Source: a virus. From it: 64,000 nucleotides of DNA. Below the pieces are notes generated by a model that saw only the letters and a list, made by a program, of their open reading frames with translations, was not told where the DNA came from and searched no databases. The translations under genes and the position numbers were made by a program. The number at the start of each line of letters is the position of its first letter. The stretch's first letter is position 1. Location of the stretch: IMG/VR virus record IMGVR_UViG_3300046791_000298, positions 12,830-76,829 of that record; one strand, written 5' to 3'. Positions 26,504 through 36,380 of the stretch are shown here, one piece after another.

Positions 26504-26928
26504 ACTTAAGACCAATGACAATGGATGATGCCGACTTTATGTTGGAATTGAAGAACGATAATGTAACAAGGAATTTTGCGCTTCTCACTTCGGAAGAAAT
26601 AAAAAAAGAAGACCATTATAAATTTCTTGAAAATAACATCCAATATTTTCAAGTCATTGAAGATGGGGGTTATAACATGATAAGAGTTGGTGCTTTTCGT
26701 ATTCAGGATAATGAAATAAGCATTTGGATAGCGCCTAAATTTCGTAATTGTGGATACGCAACATCAACTTTAAACAAAGTTAAAAAAGATGGTATGACGG
26801 CTAAAATTATGGTAGGGAATATCCCATCAATTAATGCTTTTATTAATGCTGGGTTCAGGCCGCATGATTTAATACAAGTACCCCTAACGCATTACATTCT
26901 CACTTACACGGCAGAGCGATGGGGATGA
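26500..26928 (+). CDS. GNAT N-acetyltransferase (PseH-like)
   Basis: LRPMT..D, ISIWIAPKFRNCGYA, NIPSINAF.NAGF. Confidence 0.8.
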   Translation: MNLRPMTMDDADFMLELKNDNVTRNFALLTSEEIKKEDHYKFLENNIQYFQVIEDGGYNMIRVGAFRIQDNEISIWIAPKFRNCGYATSTLNKVKKDGMTAKIMVGNIPSINAFINAGFRPHDLIQVPLTHYILTYTAERWG

Positions 26929-27488
26929 AAATAATTCTAATTGGATATCCAGGCTCTCAGAAGATAGTGCCAGCCAGTAAATACCTGACATCGAAGTACC
27001 TGCCAGGGTTTGATATTACGTATCTTAATTACAAAGGGGATATTAATGGGTGGGCACAGTATGTTGCAGATTTTTTGGAGTACTTGACTGACGGCAAAAT
27101 TATTTTTGCATTAGATGATTATTTAGTGTGTGGACCCCTTGATGAGAAAATTTACAAAGAGGCTAATAGTGCTGTCGGCACTATCGATGGGAGGCTAGTG
27201 TGTGTTAAGTTATGTGAATGCTCAGAACAGGAGCACGAAGAATATCCATCGACAACACAATATACAATTTGGGATCGTCTGTTTTTAATTAAACTACTTA
27301 GGCAAGTCTCTACACCATGGCAATTCGAGATTGAAGGAAGTAAAATTATGAAGCAAATTGGTGTACATACTATTGTAAAATCATGTATCCCATATTTTAC
27401 TAACTCATCACTTTCAAATCGATGGAGTGGAATAAGATGGGATGGTTTAAAAGAAGATGATATTAGAGAGATAAACCAATCTTTATGA
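26919..27488 (+). CDS. putative glycosyltransferase (GT-A-like)
   Basis: IIFALDDY, TIWDR, TPWQFEIEG. Confidence 0.55.
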   Translation: MGMKIILIGYPGSQKIVPASKYLTSKYLPGFDITYLNYKGDINGWAQYVADFLEYLTDGKIIFALDDYLVCGPLDEKIYKEANSAVGTIDGRLVCVKLCECSEQEHEEYPSTTQYTIWDRLFLIKLLRQVSTPWQFEIEGSKIMKQIGVHTIVKSCIPYFTNSSLSNRWSGIRWDGLKEDDIREINQSL

Positions 27489-27907
27489 AGGAGATAGCAT
27501 TTAGCGGAAAAATTGGTGCTGGATTAAAATTCAAAGTAAGTGATAAATCATTCAAAAAAGTATCGAAACGGACTCTTATTACTCTTCAAAGATATCTAAA
27601 GAATTTTCCAAAGGGAGTTGAAACCGACCATCGTGACGGAGATAAATTAAATTACCAATTAGCTAATCTTCGGCCAGCTACTCATCAACAAAATGCGATG
27701 AATAGAGGTAGACAAAAAAATAATTATTCATCAAAATATAAAGGTGTATGCTGGCACGATCAGCGCCAAAAATGGTATGCACGAATACATATATCAGGGA
27801 AACAAATTAGTTGCGGACTTCATTCTTCTCAGAAAAAAGCGGCAATTGCTTACGATAAAAAAGCAAAAAAATTGTTTGGTAACTTCGCAAAACTTAATTT
27901 CCAATAA
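27485..27907 (+). mobile_element. HNH-AP2 homing endonuclease
   Basis: DHRDGDKLN..LANLR.AT..QN; AP2 domain SKYKGV.W...KWYARI...AAIAYD. Confidence 0.88.
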
Positions 27908-27908
27908 T

Positions 27909-28781
27909 ATGAAGCGCATTTGCATCTTTGGCGGATCCGGATTCCTTGGCACCGCACTAATTGAGAAATTGATCTCAATGGGAGAATTAGATATTGTAAC
28001 CGTGGCTAGGAATGAAGGAGGGCTCGTAAAATTGAAAGAGAGGTTCCCAACCGTTGAAATAATAGTTGGGGATATCGCTGATCGATGGGTTGTACAAAAA
28101 GCCATGAGTTGCGCTAATGATGTCTATTTACTGAGTGCTATGAAGCATGTTGGTCTTGCTGAGACTGATGTAAATACATGTGCCAAAACAAATATTATCG
28201 GCACAATGAATGTAATAGAAGAATCGATCATCACAGTGCCAGATATTTTAATGTTTATTAGTTCCGATAAAGCCGCCCAGTCAACAGGTGTGTATGGATG
28301 CACAAAAAAGATTGGAGAGAAATTAATGAAGGAAGCTGAGGGGATAAATCGTTACACGAAGTATAGAGTTATCAGATATGGCAATGTGTGGGGGAGTACA
28401 GGAAGTATCAGCACAAAATGGAAGCCTAAAATGTTGGCTGGAGAAGAGGTGATAATAACGGATCCGGAAGCCTCAAGATTCTTCTGGGAAGTTGGCGATG
28501 CTGTTGATGTAATTTTTAAATGTATTGATGTGGCCATTAATGCAACTCCATCAATACCAATTATGAAGGCAGTAAAAATGGGTGTTGTTTTAAATGCATG
28601 CATGGAAGTTTGGGGTCAGTCACCCGTAAAAATCATCGGCCTTCAACCAGGAGAGAATAAAGTTGAGACCACTGATGGCATCACATTCAGTGATAGTGTA
28701 GAACAGTTTACCCGTTCTGAATTCATTGATAAGTTTCTGAAAAAGAGAGCAAATGAAAGTAAGCGCAGTACTGATCACTAA
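27909..28781 (+). CDS. UDP-GlcNAc 4,6-dehydratase (PseB/CapD-like SDR)
   Basis: GGSGFLG, AMKHV, TNIIGT, ISSDKA, YGCTK, RYGNV.GS.GS, GLQPGE; start at ATG 27909. Confidence 0.88.
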   Translation: MKRICIFGGSGFLGTALIEKLISMGELDIVTVARNEGGLVKLKERFPTVEIIVGDIADRWVVQKAMSCANDVYLLSAMKHVGLAETDVNTCAKTNIIGTMNVIEESIITVPDILMFISSDKAAQSTGVYGCTKKIGEKLMKEAEGINRYTKYRVIRYGNVWGSTGSISTKWKPKMLAGEEVIITDPEASRFFWEVGDAVDVIFKCIDVAINATPSIPIMKAVKMGVVLNACMEVWGQSPVKIIGLQPGENKVETTDGITFSDSVEQFTRSEFIDKFLKKRANESKRSTDH

Positions 28782-29289
28782 AGAACCTGAATATCCTAAA
28801 CTGGTATTGGAGAGAATTCAGACAGGCTTCTTTGATGAGGTTCTTATTGGAACAAAAAGTCCATCAGTTTATAGGCGGTACCAAATCGCTGGACAAGCAA
28901 AAAATGACATCATTTATTTCCAGGATGACGATTGCTTTACAAATTATCAAATGCTCTTCAAGCAATACAATGGCCAAATTACAAACTCGATGACCAAATC
29001 ATTTCAGGATTTTTATGAACCGCTAGGGTGTACGCTTATGGGTTGGGGCTCCTTCTTTCCAAAAGAAATGCTGAGGGTATTTGATCGCTACATTCAAGTA
29101 CATGATGACGATGAGCATCTGCTCCGTGAGGCCGATAGAATCTTCACTTATCTTAATAAACCATTCAACACTGTGATCATGCCTCACCAAGATTTACCAC
29201 AAACATCAGATAGGATGTCTTCTCCAAAAAATGTGGACTTTCATTTTAAATCAATGCATGAAGCATTAAGAAAGTGTAGTTTACTTTAA
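28753..29289 (+). CDS. putative GT-A glycosyltransferase
   Basis: AKNDIIYFQDDD (DxD-type motif). Confidence 0.7.
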   Translation: MKVSAVLITKEPEYPKLVLERIQTGFFDEVLIGTKSPSVYRRYQIAGQAKNDIIYFQDDDCFTNYQMLFKQYNGQITNSMTKSFQDFYEPLGCTLMGWGSFFPKEMLRVFDRYIQVHDDDEHLLREADRIFTYLNKPFNTVIMPHQDLPQTSDRMSSPKNVDFHFKSMHEALRKCSLL

Positions 29290-29291
29290 GA

Positions 29292-29735
29292 TCACAAATC
29301 AAACCTAAATGGCGGAGTAAATCCTGCTCGAAAATCTGGGCCTAATGCCTCTTCTAGAGTTATGACTTGAAGATTGAATGGTTCTGGGTCATCTGTTAAA
29401 CTAGTACAGACTTCTGATGTAGATATACTTAATACATTAATTATTTGCGGTGTAACTCCATCTGGATGTCTATTTATCCACCCGAAGGCAGATAAATTGT
29501 AATATGGGAGTACTAATCCAGCATCGGGATTATATGCGACATACGCTTGTCCGGAACAGTTTGGTTCATCATAATAAAGTTCTAAATTTTCTTCTTCCCC
29601 TATTTTATCTCCAAAAACAGGCATGATATAATTCTTACCGCTTACTTTGAAATTAACAAAGGCGGTATCGTTGCCAAAGAATGAAATAAATGTCCCAACT
29701 GTTTTCCCTGTTGAGTCGATAATTTTTGATGCCAT
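29292..29735 (-). CDS. hypothetical protein, possible fibre-tip/decoration
   Basis: 147 aa directly downstream of the collagen gene. Confidence 0.55.
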   Translation of the reverse strand: MASKIIDSTGKTVGTFISFFGNDTAFVNFKVSGKNYIMPVFGDKIGEEENLELYYDEPNCSGQAYVAYNPDAGLVLPYYNLSAFGWINRHPDGVTPQIINVLSISTSEVCTSLTDDPEPFNLQVITLEEALGPDFRAGFTPPFRFDL

Positions 29736-29752
29736 GATTTTTTATTTTTATT

Positions 29753-30832
29753 TTAACCTATTAGTCTATTAAGTAGTACCCATCTATTAAGATTATTTGC
29801 TGTATCATATTGGAATTGCATTACCATTCTTTGACCTTTCTTAATTTGCATGGGCAGCATAATAGGCAATAACCCTGCACTACCACCCTGCGTTCCCCCT
29901 GTAGCGGCTGCTAGATAAAATGCAGTGTACCCGAATGTCGCATCCACCCACGTTATATTTTGTGTTGCAGCAGTAGCAACTATACATATATCCAAATACT
30001 GTCCATCATTAGCCGTACCGGATGTTATCTTAAAATTGGCAGCCGTTGCCTGAGCTGTTAGTTTATATATATTATCTGTAAGCGCATTCGGTTGCGGGGT
30101 ATTTGTACTCCCAGTTGCCGCAACAACTGGACTTATAAGATTATTAGTTCCGACTGAACCTTGTGACCCCTGTGATCCAAGAGTCCCCATAGTTCCTTGT
30201 GTCCCCTGTGCGCCTGTAGGACCTGTAGGACCAGGCACCGTTGAAGCAGAACCAATACTTCCTTGCGTGCCTTGTGTTCCCTGCGGACCAGTAGGGCCAC
30301 TCACTGTTGATGCTGAGCCAATACTACCCTGAGTCCCTTGAGCACCTTGAGCACCCGTAGCACCAGTTGGGCCTAAACTTCCTTGCGTACCCTGAGTACC
30401 TTGCACCCCCTGGATTCCAATTGATCCCTGCGTTCCTTGTGGACCAGTAGGACCCGTAGGACCTGTAACAGTTGACGCTGACCCCTGGCTGCCCTGCGTA
30501 CCCTGAGCACCAGTGGCGCCTGTAGGACCAAGACTACCCTGTGTCCCCTGTGTGCCTTGTGGCCCGGTTGGCCCACTTACAGTAGACGCAGAACCCTGAC
30601 TTCCTTGAGACCCCCTAGTGCCCTGTATCCCCTGTGATCCAGTCGCTCCAGTTGGACCTAGTGGTCCTTGTATTCCAATTGAACCTTGAGTCCCCTGTGG
30701 TCCTGTAGGACCCGATACTGTCGAGGCCGATCCTTGACTGCCCTGGGTTCCGTGTGTCCCTTGAGGGCCAGTAGGACCAGTATGTCCGGTTCCTCCGGTT
30801 GGGCCAAGTACTATGATGGGAGTAGCAATCAT
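29753..30832 (-). CDS. collagen-like (Gly-X-Y) fibre protein, Thr/Ser/Gln-rich
   Basis: About 220 aa of GPT/GPQ/GTQ/GSQ triplets with recurring GSASTV interruptions; C-terminal globular domain. Confidence 0.9.
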   Translation of the reverse strand: MIATPIIVLGPTGGTGHTGPTGPQGTHGTQGSQGSASTVSGPTGPQGTQGSIGIQGPLGPTGATGSQGIQGTRGSQGSQGSASTVSGPTGPQGTQGTQGSLGPTGATGAQGTQGSQGSASTVTGPTGPTGPQGTQGSIGIQGVQGTQGTQGSLGPTGATGAQGAQGTQGSIGSASTVSGPTGPQGTQGTQGSIGSASTVPGPTGPTGAQGTQGTMGTLGSQGSQGSVGTNNLISPVVAATGSTNTPQPNALTDNIYKLTAQATAANFKITSGTANDGQYLDICIVATAATQNITWVDATFGYTAFYLAAATGGTQGGSAGLLPIMLPMQIKKGQRMVMQFQYDTANNLNRWVLLNRLIG

Positions 30833-31441
30833 TTAGACGGCTTTCGCTTTAATTTTATTAATCCTATTATATTCTCTCTCAACTGTAAACTCCCATTCTC
30901 TAGGGCGTTCTGCAATTGCAACAGCGATTGCCTTAAATTGTTCGGTGTTGTCTATTGATTTAATGCTCCGATCAACAATAGAAGAATTATTTGCGATCAA
31001 TTTAGGTAATTGTTTGATCAGTTCTTCAACCGCACTATTATCAGGAGCCTGGGGAGTTGCAACTTTAGTGAGAAGATCGATAATCTGTAGATTTTGTTTA
31101 TTGACAGAGTCAACGATTTCAGAAATATTATCATTGCTCTCTGTGATTGCCCTGCTTAAAACAGTAAAATCAATTTTTTGGGGCTGTTGAGATTTAATCA
31201 ATTGAATTAACGACTCAGACATTTTTGTAAGTGCGTCCCCAATAGTTTCACCTAAAGACCCATCAAAATATTCCTTATCGTCTTCGTGCTTAATTAACTC
31301 CTGCCGGGTATCGATCAACTCGTCTACCAATTTAGCAAGAATGCCAATAGAGACGTTATGCCTTGTTTTGCTTAACTCTTTTCGAGCAGAGATCAGTTCT
31401 AAAATCTCTTTGGAATATAGATTTTCTTTTTCTTCTGCCAT
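30833..31441 (-). CDS. coiled-coil hypothetical protein
   Basis: 202 aa ORF abutting the collagen gene. Confidence 0.6.
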   Translation of the reverse strand: MAEEKENLYSKEILELISARKELSKTRHNVSIGILAKLVDELIDTRQELIKHEDDKEYFDGSLGETIGDALTKMSESLIQLIKSQQPQKIDFTVLSRAITESNDNISEIVDSVNKQNLQIIDLLTKVATPQAPDNSAVEELIKQLPKLIANNSSIVDRSIKSIDNTEQFKAIAVAIAERPREWEFTVEREYNRINKIKAKAV

Positions 31442-31445
31442 GGCA

Positions 31446-34400
31446 TTAAGTTTTTAAGCACGCCACCAATTTACTTATTTTTTTGCGCACACCCATGAGG
31501 GTATCGTGGGCACTCCCAGCATTGATTTCCTCATGGATATATTTTAAAGAAGGGACCGATACAGATACAGTGGTTTCCCTAGCTTCTGGGGATAGAATTT
31601 GATTCTCTGAAATTTCTTGAGTTAGTCCCTCAGAGCCGCCTTGTTGAGGCTTTCCAGCATTCGTTTGCTGCGTGCTCTCATTGACTGCCTGGTTGGAGAC
31701 GTTGGACGTTGATACAGTTTTTGTTTCTCCAGTGGAAGCTGGTCGTACTCCTTCTGCGTAATCGCGTCTTTTGATGGTGAGTCCTTCGTACTGAGATTTT
31801 GTGATTTTTCCTTCATTATATAGCTTTTCTGTGATTCCTGTGAGCTTTTTCTCCAGTTCTTTAGCAGTATAAGGAATTTCAGGGATTTTAGCAATTCTTA
31901 CCTCCTTTGCATTCCCAGCCCCCCTGCTATTATCAATAACGGTAAAATGGACTTTACTGTTACCTTTATATTGCCTCATTAACTGATCAATATTTACCCG
32001 GGAACCGATATGAGTTTGGGCATGTATAAAAATAGGAACCGTCCGCCCGAAACCGTCAGATTTTTTATCCAACATTCTTTTGATAACACCGTTTTCAAAG
32101 GCTTCAACTGGATCACGATATGTGTATCGGATATCGATATCTTTAACTCCAGCATTAAGAGCTTTATCAATTTTCTCTTTAGCGGTTTCAAAATGATCAA
32201 GATTGCCGTCATAAATAAAACGAACACTGTTTGGATCCTCACCCTCTAAGGAAACAGTCTTACCTGAACCAGTTCCTCCACTTGTAAATATTCCAGTATT
32301 CTCTTCGCCCTTTAAGAACCACTCAGCATCAAGTTTCTCCTGGTATAATTTTCTTATAAAGGCCGCGGCAGGTTCGTGTACTGCGGATGATAACGCGCGA
32401 TTATCCTCATAATCCTTTGAAAGTTCGCGTGCATTATCGGCATTCAGGACATTGCCAAATTTCTCTTTATAGGTCTTCTTGGCCTCCCCAAAATTCTCAT
32501 TCAAGTACTTACCGAACTTAGTTTCAACTGCTTTTTGCTCTGGAGAAAGTGATGGTTCTGGAGTATATGGGACAGGTTGCTTTTCTTTCAGCTTGTAAGC
32601 AAATGCCTTTTCTCCGTTGGCCAGAGTGATTTCCTCGCGTTGATATTTATTTTCATATTTATCTAGCTTCTCTAATTGCTGAGGGCTCAATTCCATAACC
32701 TGGCCAGGGACCTTATCTTCTCCTGATTCAAGTGTGGTATAACCATCTCCAACATCCTTCACCTTGCCGGTTGTTTCCGCGGATGTAGTTGTCACATCTT
32801 CTCCTAATGCTTGTTTCCTTGTCTCCGCATCTTTTAGTGTTCCATAAACGAATACCTTTTTTACTCCTTCTTTGACCACCGGCTCTTTGGCCGTTTCTTT
32901 TTCTCCTTCGAGATTCGCTTGGGCAGTTTCTTTCCCTTCGACGCCTGGTTCCACTCGTCCACGTTTACTCCCTGGGACTCCAGCTTCTCCCTGTTCGCGT
33001 TGAAGTAACCCCTCTGTGCTTGGCTTTTGTAAGGCATTTTGTATCCCCTCCTCGGATTTTATTTGTTCAGAGTTATCTACACTTTGTTGAATAGCCTCGG
33101 CTGATTTATCAAGAGCATTGATATCGTTCGGATCAACATTTTTTTGTTCTTCTTTAATAACAGTAGTTGCATTCTTTCCAAGGTCCCCAGCTGGAACCGA
33201 TAAATTATTTTCATTGAATTCAGAAATAGCTGTAACTGATCCGAAGACTGCTCCAGGAGCGAACCCCTGCATCCCTGCATTGAATGCACGCTGATGATTA
33301 ACATTAGCCATTGCCTCTGTAAGAGTCATGCCATTTGCTAGTAATGCTCCAACCTGTTGATCAACGTCCTGTAAATATTCAGTTGCAAATTCTCCACCTC
33401 CGGCTATTCCGATATCTTTCAGCGCTCCTTTAACACCAAATTTTACAACCTGTTCAAGTACTTGTTTTTTTGCTGATTTTAGAAAGACTTGTTTTATGGC
33501 TTTCCCTGCTCCTGCTAAAAAACCAAGACCCTCAAGCCCCATACTGATTAGACCGACAGTGTTGGCGATATTTTCATCCGATTGATTCTCTTCTTTCGTC
33601 TGAATCTTTTCAAGACTTATCGGTGTGATCTCTGTTCCAAATTTTTCGCTTAAGTTTTGCGCCTTCTTTGCTCGAATTTCATCAAGAGCATCGTAACGCT
33701 CCATCTTAAATAGAATAACTGGAGATGTGGCAAACCCAATTGAACTAGCAACTCCTTGCCCAACACTTCCTTCTAACCATTTCTCGAAATCTTTAGCCGA
33801 TTTGATCGAAGTAAAATCTTGAGGTATGCCTTTTAAGTTTTCTTGTCCTTGTGTCTGATTGGCAACAATTTTTTCTTTCTCAAAGGTATCTCTGGTCTTT
33901 TGGATCAATCGGTTTACTTCGTCTTTGTAAAATCCCATCACTCTTTCAGGAGAGGTATTTGATGATTTCGAGGCGCGAAGTAAAATATTGTATGTATCCT
34001 TTGCTGCTCTATTTTGATTAGGATGAAGTTGCGTACCGGGTTCTTGTGCGGCTCTTTCTTTGTATTCAGCCAATAGGTCTTTTAATGGAGTTGACTTAAT
34101 CTTCTCCATTGTCAGAATCCCTGTCTCTTCAGCATCGGTTGGTCCCTGGTCCGCCTTCTTCAATAACTCCTCATAATTTGTAGGCATACTTTTTAAAGCC
34201 TCACGATGGATAACTAGGGGAGTCGCAGTTGTAAAAAAATTAACAAATGATCTTACTAGAGCATCTCCAATCCCTGTTGGGTTTAATGGATTATAGCCTG
34301 TATGGAGTTCCCCTCCCGTATTCTTTTCGGAAGGCTTTGGCGAAGGCTCTTGAACCACTGATGATACCCCTGTAGAAACGACCGGCTTTTGTGCGGTGAA

Positions 34401-34568
34401 ACCATCTGAGGATTTTTGGTCTTCTGTAGTAGGCTCTTTTTTTTTTACTTGGTTGAGTTGCCGAAGGATTGGATCCTCTTCCTCGGACGTAGTCTGTTCC
34501 TCAACCTTTTTTTTTGGCTTCGATCCGTTTAATTTCTTGAGAATGGGGTCATCTATCTCTTCTGCCAT
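31446..34568 (-). CDS. polyvalent internal virion protein with GGCT and zeta-toxin-like kinase domains
   Basis: VFVYGTL...LDKYE (GGCT/AIG2-like, ~32590-32860); FTSGGTGSGKT...IYDGN...GRTVP (zeta-like, ~31900-32300). Confidence 0.75.
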   Translation of the reverse strand: MAEEIDDPILKKLNGSKPKKKVEEQTTSEEEDPILRQLNQVKKKEPTTEDQKSSDGFTAQKPVVSTGVSSVVQEPSPKPSEKNTGGELHTGYNPLNPTGIGDALVRSFVNFFTTATPLVIHREALKSMPTNYEELLKKADQGPTDAEETGILTMEKIKSTPLKDLLAEYKERAAQEPGTQLHPNQNRAAKDTYNILLRASKSSNTSPERVMGFYKDEVNRLIQKTRDTFEKEKIVANQTQGQENLKGIPQDFTSIKSAKDFEKWLEGSVGQGVASSIGFATSPVILFKMERYDALDEIRAKKAQNLSEKFGTEITPISLEKIQTKEENQSDENIANTVGLISMGLEGLGFLAGAGKAIKQVFLKSAKKQVLEQVVKFGVKGALKDIGIAGGGEFATEYLQDVDQQVGALLANGMTLTEAMANVNHQRAFNAGMQGFAPGAVFGSVTAISEFNENNLSVPAGDLGKNATTVIKEEQKNVDPNDINALDKSAEAIQQSVDNSEQIKSEEGIQNALQKPSTEGLLQREQGEAGVPGSKRGRVEPGVEGKETAQANLEGEKETAKEPVVKEGVKKVFVYGTLKDAETRKQALGEDVTTTSAETTGKVKDVGDGYTTLESGEDKVPGQVMELSPQQLEKLDKYENKYQREEITLANGEKAFAYKLKEKQPVPYTPEPSLSPEQKAVETKFGKYLNENFGEAKKTYKEKFGNVLNADNARELSKDYEDNRALSSAVHEPAAAFIRKLYQEKLDAEWFLKGEENTGIFTSGGTGSGKTVSLEGEDPNSVRFIYDGNLDHFETAKEKIDKALNAGVKDIDIRYTYRDPVEAFENGVIKRMLDKKSDGFGRTVPIFIHAQTHIGSRVNIDQLMRQYKGNSKVHFTVIDNSRGAGNAKEVRIAKIPEIPYTAKELEKKLTGITEKLYNEGKITKSQYEGLTIKRRDYAEGVRPASTGETKTVSTSNVSNQAVNESTQQTNAGKPQQGGSEGLTQEISENQILSPEARETTVSVSVPSLKYIHEEINAGSAHDTLMGVRKKISKLVACLKT

Positions 34569-36376
34569 TTGCCACTTGTGCTATCGTAAAAATAAATATT
34601 ATTACCAACTTTGTATTGATTATCAGTAGTCCACTGGTCTATATCTGCACCAGTGCTTTTAATCGATACGCCACGCTCTTCAACAGGTAATCTTTTAGCA
34701 ATATTTTTAGTTGATTGAGTAACTCTATCCTGGTATTTCTTCTCAAACTCAAGCATCTCAGGACTCCAATTCTTTTTATTCCTTAAGTCTAATCCCCCGG
34801 AGCCATCGCCTGCTTTTGTGGCACCCTTCAACCTTCCGTAGTCGGCTTCACTCGGTTCTAATAATTCATCGTACCGAATTCCGGAAGTTTTAATATTACT
34901 ATTTCTGACAGAACTCATAATTTCTTCATCCGATGAATCATCATTAGAAACAGCCTGTTGTGCGTTCTGAACTAATGCTAATTGACGTTGTATTTTATTG
35001 ATAGTTTCCTGGTCTCCACTTTCAACGGCCTCTCCTAACTGAGTCTCAAGAGAACCCTTTTTCCGATTAATATCACCCATAACAGTATTCTTATCAATGG
35101 AATGACCACGGAAAACTACTTGAAGATCAGGATTCATTCCAGCCACATCCTCATCCGATAAATTATCAATATTAAAAACAGGTGTTCCGTTTTGCCTTTT
35201 TGCCATCAATTGATAGCCAGTCACATTAAAAGGTGCCTCTCCTGCTCGTCTGCTCTTTTGTCCTGAACGTAAATCATAACTGACCTTACCATCAACCTCA
35301 AATGATAATGGCTTACCATTTTTTTGCATCAATGTTCCTCCTGGACTTACAAATTTTTGATCACCAACATCATTATCGAAAGTTGTAAATTCGTGACGCT
35401 GATCAGTGTTTACATTATTGACCGATTTAGGCTCTTTGTAATTGACATCAGTCTTAAGGGTGATCTTAGCCGCTTCCTCTAATTCTTTTTTGGCTTTCTC
35501 CCGAATACGCTCGTTGTAAGGCTTATTGTTGATGACATTGTCCTTTTCATTTGAAATTAAATGTAACATCAGTTGGCCATCATTCAATCCCTTCAATTTT
35601 TGGACTCTCTCATCTCCTTGGGCAATTAATTTTTTGACTTGGTCAGCCTCATCAGATATCTCATTCTTTACATCAAATGCTATAGAATTTTGAACATCAT
35701 CCCGGCTATTTAAATAGTCTTTAACGTGTGTGTCTGTTACGCCAGGTGCTCCAGTCTTTTCATCCCAGAAGGGAGAACTCCCGTATTTTGTTGAGTCAAC
35801 ATTGGTATTCCCATATTTTCTTTCCGCCTCCTTATCTCCGTAAAGTTTGACCCAATCCGAAACATAATTTTTTCGTTTAAAAGCTAGAGGGTTATCTCCA
35901 ATGGTATTGGCCACATCTAATAGTCGGCCTCCTCGGGTCCTAAAATCGATATCCCCATCGTCTCCAAAAGCCGCAGTCTGGAGTGTCTTTTTATCTACCT
36001 CCGGATCGTAGTACTTGTCGTCAGTTGCCTTTTTATCAATTCTGGTATTTAGATTAGTAAAAAGTTCATGCTGAGCTTTTTGATCTGCCGCGTATCTTTT
36101 ACCCTGTTCTTCCATCTCAACAAGTTGCTGTGAAGGAGAACTGGATTTTCTGAAATTTTCTCTGGCTAGTTTTGTTACACTCTTTACATAAGCCTCGTTG
36201 AACTTATTATCATTCTCAAACTTGCTGTAATCGAGGGCGTATTTGTATTGATCAGCAGTAGCTCTTCTTTTATTATAATCGGAAGCAACTCCTCTAAAGA
36301 AATTAGATAACCCTTGAGCGACAGGGGAAAAGTCCGTTTGGATTATTTCTTCAGGTTTGTAAAATTCTCTGTACAT
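34553..36376 (-). CDS. putative internal virion/ejection protein
   Basis: 607 aa helical protein between muzzle and polyvalent genes. Confidence 0.55.
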   Translation of the reverse strand: MYREFYKPEEIIQTDFSPVAQGLSNFFRGVASDYNKRRATADQYKYALDYSKFENDNKFNEAYVKSVTKLARENFRKSSSPSQQLVEMEEQGKRYAADQKAQHELFTNLNTRIDKKATDDKYYDPEVDKKTLQTAAFGDDGDIDFRTRGGRLLDVANTIGDNPLAFKRKNYVSDWVKLYGDKEAERKYGNTNVDSTKYGSSPFWDEKTGAPGVTDTHVKDYLNSRDDVQNSIAFDVKNEISDEADQVKKLIAQGDERVQKLKGLNDGQLMLHLISNEKDNVINNKPYNERIREKAKKELEEAAKITLKTDVNYKEPKSVNNVNTDQRHEFTTFDNDVGDQKFVSPGGTLMQKNGKPLSFEVDGKVSYDLRSGQKSRRAGEAPFNVTGYQLMAKRQNGTPVFNIDNLSDEDVAGMNPDLQVVFRGHSIDKNTVMGDINRKKGSLETQLGEAVESGDQETINKIQRQLALVQNAQQAVSNDDSSDEEIMSSVRNSNIKTSGIRYDELLEPSEADYGRLKGATKAGDGSGGLDLRNKKNWSPEMLEFEKKYQDRVTQSTKNIAKRLPVEERGVSIKSTGADIDQWTTDNQYKVGNNIYFYDSTSGKWQKR

Positions 36377-36380
36377 GGGT

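Noticed and set aside
29753-30832. DNA-level repeats as a CRISPR array or tandem-repeat element
   Set aside because: Repeats are in-frame Gly-X-Y codons with synonymous variation; no repeat-spacer structure and no cas genes.
20293-36376. Virion RNA polymerase subunits as in crAss-like phages
   Set aside because: No convincing DxDxD catalytic motif context (GDDGDIDF in the 607-aa protein is insufficient), and the proteins are much smaller than those RNA polymerases.
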